A DNA stretch of 64,000 bases, from contig JAXGYC010000007.1 in assembly GCA_040772485.1 (NCBI GenBank), positions 608,001 through 672,000 on the forward strand, written 5' to 3'. Under the pieces are notes generated by a model that saw nothing but the letters and a program-made list of their open reading frames with translations, did not search any database and had not been told where the DNA came from. This DNA comes from Sedimentisphaerales bacterium (GTDB lineage: Bacteria > Planctomycetota > Phycisphaerae > Sedimentisphaerales > Anaerobacaceae). Positions 59,454 through 64,000 of the stretch are shown in pieces. Position 1 is the stretch's first letter. Each line of letters begins with the position of its first letter. A program made the position numbers and the translations under genes.

Positions 59454-60500
59454 ATGGCAGTGGTTCGCGCTCCAGCCAATCCGATCCTCACCCCGCAGGA
59501 TGTGGCGCCGTCGCGTGACGGCTTCGAGGTTATCGGCGCCTTCAACCCCGCCGTGGCCCGCTATCGCGACGAGGCCGTCCTGCTGGTGCGCGTGGCCGAG
59601 CGTCCGGTCCAGACCGATCCGGAGGTCGTGCAGACCGCGTTTCTGGACCCGATCCGAGGCCGGATCGTCACCATGGCGTTCGCCCGATCCGATCCGGCCA
59701 ACGATTTCTCCGACCCCCGCCTGATCGTTCGCCAGGGCCGAACATACCTGACCTCGATATCGCATCTGCGCGTCGCCCGCAGCAGGGATGGCATCCACTT
59801 CACCATCGATGCGCGTCCCGCCCTCGCGGCGGCCGACGCCTGCGAGAGCTTCGGCGTCGAGGACCCGAGGATCACGCGCATCGGCGAGACCTTCTACATC
59901 AGCTACGTCGCGGTCTCGCCTGTGGGCGTGACGACGGCGCTGGCGTCGACGGCGGACTTCGTGACATTCGAGCGTCACGGCATCCTCTTCGGCCCGGAGA
60001 ACAAGGACGTCGTGCTCTTTCCGGAGGCAGTCGACGGGCGGTACTACGCGCTGCATCGGCCCCACTCGCCGCTGTGCCACACCAACGACATGTGGATCGC
60101 CGAGTCGCCCGACCTGCTCTGCTGGGGTCGCCATCGTCACCTGATGGGCCTGCGCGACGGGTTCTGGGACGAGACCCGCATCGGGGCCGGCGCACCGCCG
60201 ATTCGCGTCGATGAGGGCTGGCTGGAGGTCTACCACGGCGCCGACCGTAACCATCGCTACTGCCTTGGCGCGGTCCTGCTCGACGCCCGCGAGCCCTGGA
60301 AGGTGCGGGCCCGCTCGGCACGGCCGGTCTTCGAACCGCAGGCCGAGTATGAGCGCGCCGGCTTCTTCGGCCAGGTGGTTTTCACCTGCGGTCTGCTCTT
60401 GGAACGCAGGACCCTGAGGGTCTACTATGGCGCCGCGGACACGACGGTCTGCTGCGCCGAGATTCCGCTCGACGACGTGCGCGCGTCGCTGCGGTCCTGA
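59454..60500 (+). CDS. GH130 family mannoside phosphorylase/glycosidase
   Basis: AFNPAV, FGVEDPRIT, NKDVVLFPE, IGAGAPP, VYYGAADT. Confidence 0.92.
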   Translation: MAVVRAPANPILTPQDVAPSRDGFEVIGAFNPAVARYRDEAVLLVRVAERPVQTDPEVVQTAFLDPIRGRIVTMAFARSDPANDFSDPRLIVRQGRTYLTSISHLRVARSRDGIHFTIDARPALAAADACESFGVEDPRITRIGETFYISYVAVSPVGVTTALASTADFVTFERHGILFGPENKDVVLFPEAVDGRYYALHRPHSPLCHTNDMWIAESPDLLCWGRHRHLMGLRDGFWDETRIGAGAPPIRVDEGWLEVYHGADRNHRYCLGAVLLDAREPWKVRARSARPVFEPQAEYERAGFFGQVVFTCGLLLERRTLRVYYGAADTTVCCAEIPLDDVRASLRS

Positions 60501-60623
60501 ATCACAATCCCGCCCGATTCCAGGTCGAAACACGCACCACGTCATTGCCTTCGGCGTCGCCATCGAGTATGATAGAATATGAGGTGATGGCCCGACAGTG
60601 CGATTGAGTGAGATGGATGGCGA

Positions 60624-61754
60624 GTGATGATTATACCCTGGTGTGTTGATGTCCCCCAAGACCGATGGCCGGTGGTCAACTGGCTGATCATCGCCACAGC
60701 AGTGTGTGTTTTCGTCCTCCAGATTGCCGAGGCCGTTGAGGCGCGTCCCGACGCGGCCGCTGGGGCAGGCGCGCAGGCCATTGGCGGCATCGTGGGCGCT
60801 TTGATGCTGAACGGCTGGGGTCTCAGAGGACTCCTGGGGCACATGTGGGTTCATGGGGGCTTGCTCCATCTGCTCGGCAACATGTGGTTTCTCTGGATCT
60901 TCGGCAATGCCGTGTGCGCCAAGGTCGGCAATTTCCGTTACCTCCTTCTGTATGTCCTCCTGGGTGTCGCCGCCGGCGCCACTCACCTGCTGTTCGATTC
61001 GGATCCGGCCATCGGGGCCAGCGGCGCCATCAACGGCGTGGTCGGGATGTATCTGGTCCTGTTTTACGAGAATGGCATCACCTGCTACTGGGCGCCGATT
61101 CTCATCTACTGGCGTCAGTTCACGGTGAGCAGTTTCTGGATGATCCTGATGTGGCTGATCTTCGACATTTACGGTGCCGCTCGAGGCGGTTCCGGCGTGG
61201 CCTACTTCGCCCATCTCGGAGGTTTCGGCGCGGGCTTTGGCGTCGCCCTGTACATGTGCATGAAGGGCTGGATCACGATGGAGCGTTACGAGAAGTCCCT
61301 GTGGCAGTGGTGGCAGCAGCGCAAGGGCAGCCCTCCGGAGACGTCTCTCGAAGCGGCCTTCCGCGCGGCGCGGCAGGAGGCATCGTTGCCGGCGTCTCCG
61401 GAACCGCTGTCACCGGCGCGGCCGCTCAAATCGGTTCCGCTGCTTTCCTTGAACGAGCGGCCGGCGCCGTCGGACGGCCGATGGCACGTGACATGCGTCT
61501 GCGGCAAGTCCCTGCGCCTGTCGCGACAATACGCCGGCCAGACGGTGCGTTGTCCGGCCTGTGGAGCGGAGCTGACCGTCGGGCGTGACAGGCCGTCGGC
61601 CTCGCAGGGCGACGTGGTGACACCCGACGACGGCTTCATTCGCTTTGTCTGCACGTGCGGAAGAAGGATGAAGGTCCCGTCACGCTATGCCGGCCGGTCG
61701 GGCAAGTGTCCCCGGTGCGGTGTTCGTGTGACAATCCCGCGCGCCAGTCTGTGA
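60624..61754 (+). CDS. Rhomboid intramembrane serine protease with two C-terminal zinc-ribbon motifs
   Basis: HGGLLHLLGNM, GASG, AHLGG; CVCG...CPACG and CTCG...CPRCG. Confidence 0.9.
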   Translation: MMIIPWCVDVPQDRWPVVNWLIIATAVCVFVLQIAEAVEARPDAAAGAGAQAIGGIVGALMLNGWGLRGLLGHMWVHGGLLHLLGNMWFLWIFGNAVCAKVGNFRYLLLYVLLGVAAGATHLLFDSDPAIGASGAINGVVGMYLVLFYENGITCYWAPILIYWRQFTVSSFWMILMWLIFDIYGAARGGSGVAYFAHLGGFGAGFGVALYMCMKGWITMERYEKSLWQWWQQRKGSPPETSLEAAFRAARQEASLPASPEPLSPARPLKSVPLLSLNERPAPSDGRWHVTCVCGKSLRLSRQYAGQTVRCPACGAELTVGRDRPSASQGDVVTPDDGFIRFVCTCGRRMKVPSRYAGRSGKCPRCGVRVTIPRASL

Positions 61755-62194
61755 CACCGGCGGTCCGGCCGACGCAGGCAAGTCCAAACACCATGCCAAT
61801 CGGCCGAGCGCCAGGTTGGATTTCGGAAAGACAACTCGCACGCAGACAACCTCCCCATTCCCCCCAGCCTTCCTGTATCAGAATAAGTATTTTCCTCAAT
61901 AGTTTTCGTTGCAGGGCGTCCTATATTCTCCTTATATTCCTTTCGGATGGGGTGGTGATGAATACACGTGTGGTTTACTCCGCGTACAGCGTCTGAACGT
62001 AGACGTGATGCGGACACGGAGGCTGTGGGGATGAGGGAAGTCCGTCCAGGTTGAGGTCTACCTGGACGGGGCAATCGGGAGACCTTGTGATGGGTGGGAG
62101 AAACCCGGAGAAAGGAGGTGCCTGGAGGTTCCACGGATACAAGGTAAGCTGACGGTTTCCACAGAGTCACACACGGAGTGTAAGGAGACACAAG

Positions 62195-62920
62195 ATGAGA
62201 CGGTTACCTGCAATACTGCCGGCGATGGCGCTGCTCGCCATCGTCGGAACGGCCAGTGGTGCGCTGACGCTTTCCAGCGTCGCCAGCACCTGGAGCAATC
62301 CTGTCCTTCAGCCCTTAGCCCCCCCAACGTCCCCCGGCACGGTGTTCGGGTATGACATGATACGCTGGGGAACGCCGGCGTCTCTGTACGGCAAGTCCGG
62401 CCTGGGCTTCAAGGGGGAGTTCCCCCCCGCCGCGGAAGTCTCGATCGGCGAGGCATTCAAGGTGGGCACCCTGTGGCACTACAATACGCCTATCGCGGTG
62501 AATAGCGGCATCACGGCGGTCGATCTGGACCTGGCGCTGAACTTCCAGGGGATAGCGGTCAACGTACCGATGACGCTGGGCATTACAGAAACAGTCGGCG
62601 CAGGGGGCCATCCTGCCGACGTGATCAGCCTGCCCACCTCGTTCGCTCCGATCGCCTTCGAGGTCGGGGGCGCGGACTACGAGTTGTGCGTGCTGGGTTT
62701 CGGCAACAGCCCCACCAGCATCATCTCTTCGTTCGACACGCCGGAACCTGGTTGGAACCCGTGTGGTCAGTGCCCGGGCAATTCTACCTGCGTTCCCCTT
62801 TGGGCAAAAGTCTGTCAGATACCCAATGGGACACCACCGATCCCGGCGCCGGGCGCCCTGATTCTGGGCAGCATCGGCGTTACTGCGGTGAGCTGGCTGC
62901 GCCGACGCCGAACGCTCTAA
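62195..62920 (+). CDS. Secreted PEP-CTERM-like protein (choice-of-anchor K / THxN-like domain)
   Basis: Signal peptide; IRWGTP...SGLGF...GTLWHYNTPI; C-terminal IPAPGALILGSIGVTAVSWLRRRR sorting signal. Confidence 0.8.
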   Translation: MRRLPAILPAMALLAIVGTASGALTLSSVASTWSNPVLQPLAPPTSPGTVFGYDMIRWGTPASLYGKSGLGFKGEFPPAAEVSIGEAFKVGTLWHYNTPIAVNSGITAVDLDLALNFQGIAVNVPMTLGITETVGAGGHPADVISLPTSFAPIAFEVGGADYELCVLGFGNSPTSIISSFDTPEPGWNPCGQCPGNSTCVPLWAKVCQIPNGTPPIPAPGALILGSIGVTAVSWLRRRRTL

Positions 62921-63028
62921 AGCTCGGCACCTGAGGGGCGATACAACAATCGCCGGCCCGGAGTCGAACCGGGCCAGGCCGTGAGCGACCCGCAGCAGTA
63001 CGCCTGGACTTGACGCCACAGTCCTCGT

Positions 63029-64000
63029 TTACTGCTGCGGGGCCGGCTCCACGATGATTTCATTTCCGCCGGCCTCGGCACGCACGTCCGGTTCATAATA
63101 GGAGTATGCCTGGCTGTCAGGAATCGTTGCGCGCACCGGGAAGCGGGCCTTGACCTGGAAGCGCAGGGTCCGTTGCTCGCCTTGTTCCAGGCCGTCGAGA
63201 TAGAAGATCACCTTGCGTCCGGCCACCTCGTACCGCGTGATGAGCCTCTCGGCGGCCAGGGCATCCAGCGTCTCGGTGACGGTGGAGAATCCCGTCGGCA
63301 CCCCGACATCCACGATCATCATGCCCGTCGAATCCTTCGGCCCAAAGTACCGCACGGTCGCGGTCACGTTGACGATGTCGTCAACTTCGACGTGATCGGC
63401 GTCGTAGTTGACCTCCAGGGTCATGTCCTTGGCGACCAGATCATCGCGCAGCAGGACGTTGAACCGCCGCACCAGTTGGAATCGCACCTGCCCGGCGCCG
63501 ACGGCGCCGATCTCCACGGCCGGCTGAACCGGCAGCTCCACCGTCTGAAGGACATCGAAGTTCGTGCTGTCCACGGTGAACTGGGCCAGCGTGTCCTGGC
63601 CGGGCGTTTTGGCAGTCACCGTCAGGTTCACGTTGCGGCTTTGACTGCGGGCCGCCATCATCAGGGCCTTGAGCCCCATGACCGTATCCTGCGTGCTGCC
63701 GTACCCGCCCAGGCTGTTGCGCTGGAGCGAAAGCCACTGGACCGCTTCGTTCGCCTGCGGCCATTCCTTTTCGATCATCGCCAGCATCGCATAGGCAGTC
63801 GTCTCTACCGGATGAGGCTGCCAGTGCAGCCCGTCGGCGTCGGTGGTGGCAATGGCCAGCAGCCTCTCGAGTGCGGCATCGGCGGCCGGATCGTCCGCCC
63901 GCGCGAAGGCCAGCGCCGCAATCGCCAGGGCATAGGCATCGTCCTGAACCGACAGGAGGTTGTCACGCAAGTACTGCGTCGCCGCTCCCTGCACGTGCGG
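63029..64000 (-). CDS. C-terminal part of an alpha-2-macroglobulin/thioester-protein family member, truncated at the right edge
   Basis: VETTAYAMLA, QWLSLQRNSLGGYGSTQDT, GMMIVDVGVPTGF, VIFYLD, YSYYEP. Confidence 0.88.
   Translation of the reverse strand, partial: PHVQGAATQYLRDNLLSVQDDAYALAIAALAFARADDPAADAALERLLAIATTDADGLHWQPHPVETTAYAMLAMIEKEWPQANEAVQWLSLQRNSLGGYGSTQDTVMGLKALMMAARSQSRNVNLTVTAKTPGQDTLAQFTVDSTNFDVLQTVELPVQPAVEIGAVGAGQVRFQLVRRFNVLLRDDLVAKDMTLEVNYDADHVEVDDIVNVTATVRYFGPKDSTGMMIVDVGVPTGFSTVTETLDALAAERLITRYEVAGRKVIFYLDGLEQGEQRTLRFQVKARFPVRATIPDSQAYSYYEPDVRAEAGGNEIIVEPAPQQ

Overview
GC-rich bacterial window, most likely from a Planctomycetota genome of the Phycisphaerae/Sedimentisphaerales type. 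This is inferred from the many prepilin-type (DUF1559-like) genes, LamG/discoidin multidomain proteins, lamin-tail/CotH proteins, Tat-exported Gfo/Idh/MocA oxidoreductases and a PEP-CTERM-like IPAPGA tail. It holds: secreted carbohydrate-active enzymes (1-21.6 kb); tRNA-Arg(UCU); a housekeeping block (DUF502, hpf, PTS IIA, HPr, EI, TIGR03936-like, RNase E/G, kdsD, kdsC, probable Lpt bridge protein); six tandem prepilin-like genes (33.5-40.1 kb); a PLD-family protein, Skp/OmpH, two paralogous LamG proteins, a GH27, CotH, GH130, a rhomboid and the 3' end of a eukaryote-like alpha-2-macroglobulin. The main signal is the prepilin array. All six genes have 58-111 aa leaders built in frame from repeat modules (a REP/REPIN-like palindrome in five, heptamer tracts in three), whereas the three stand-alone prepilin genes have 5-6 aa leaders. 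Leader modules are shared mosaically between genes with unrelated bodies, suggesting repeat-mediated amplification and shuffling. Several REP-like families also occur nested in one another and translated inside other genes. One stand-alone prepilin has a G8-tract frameshift that removes its conserved C-terminal tail. All product calls come from motifs read by eye; no database search was run.
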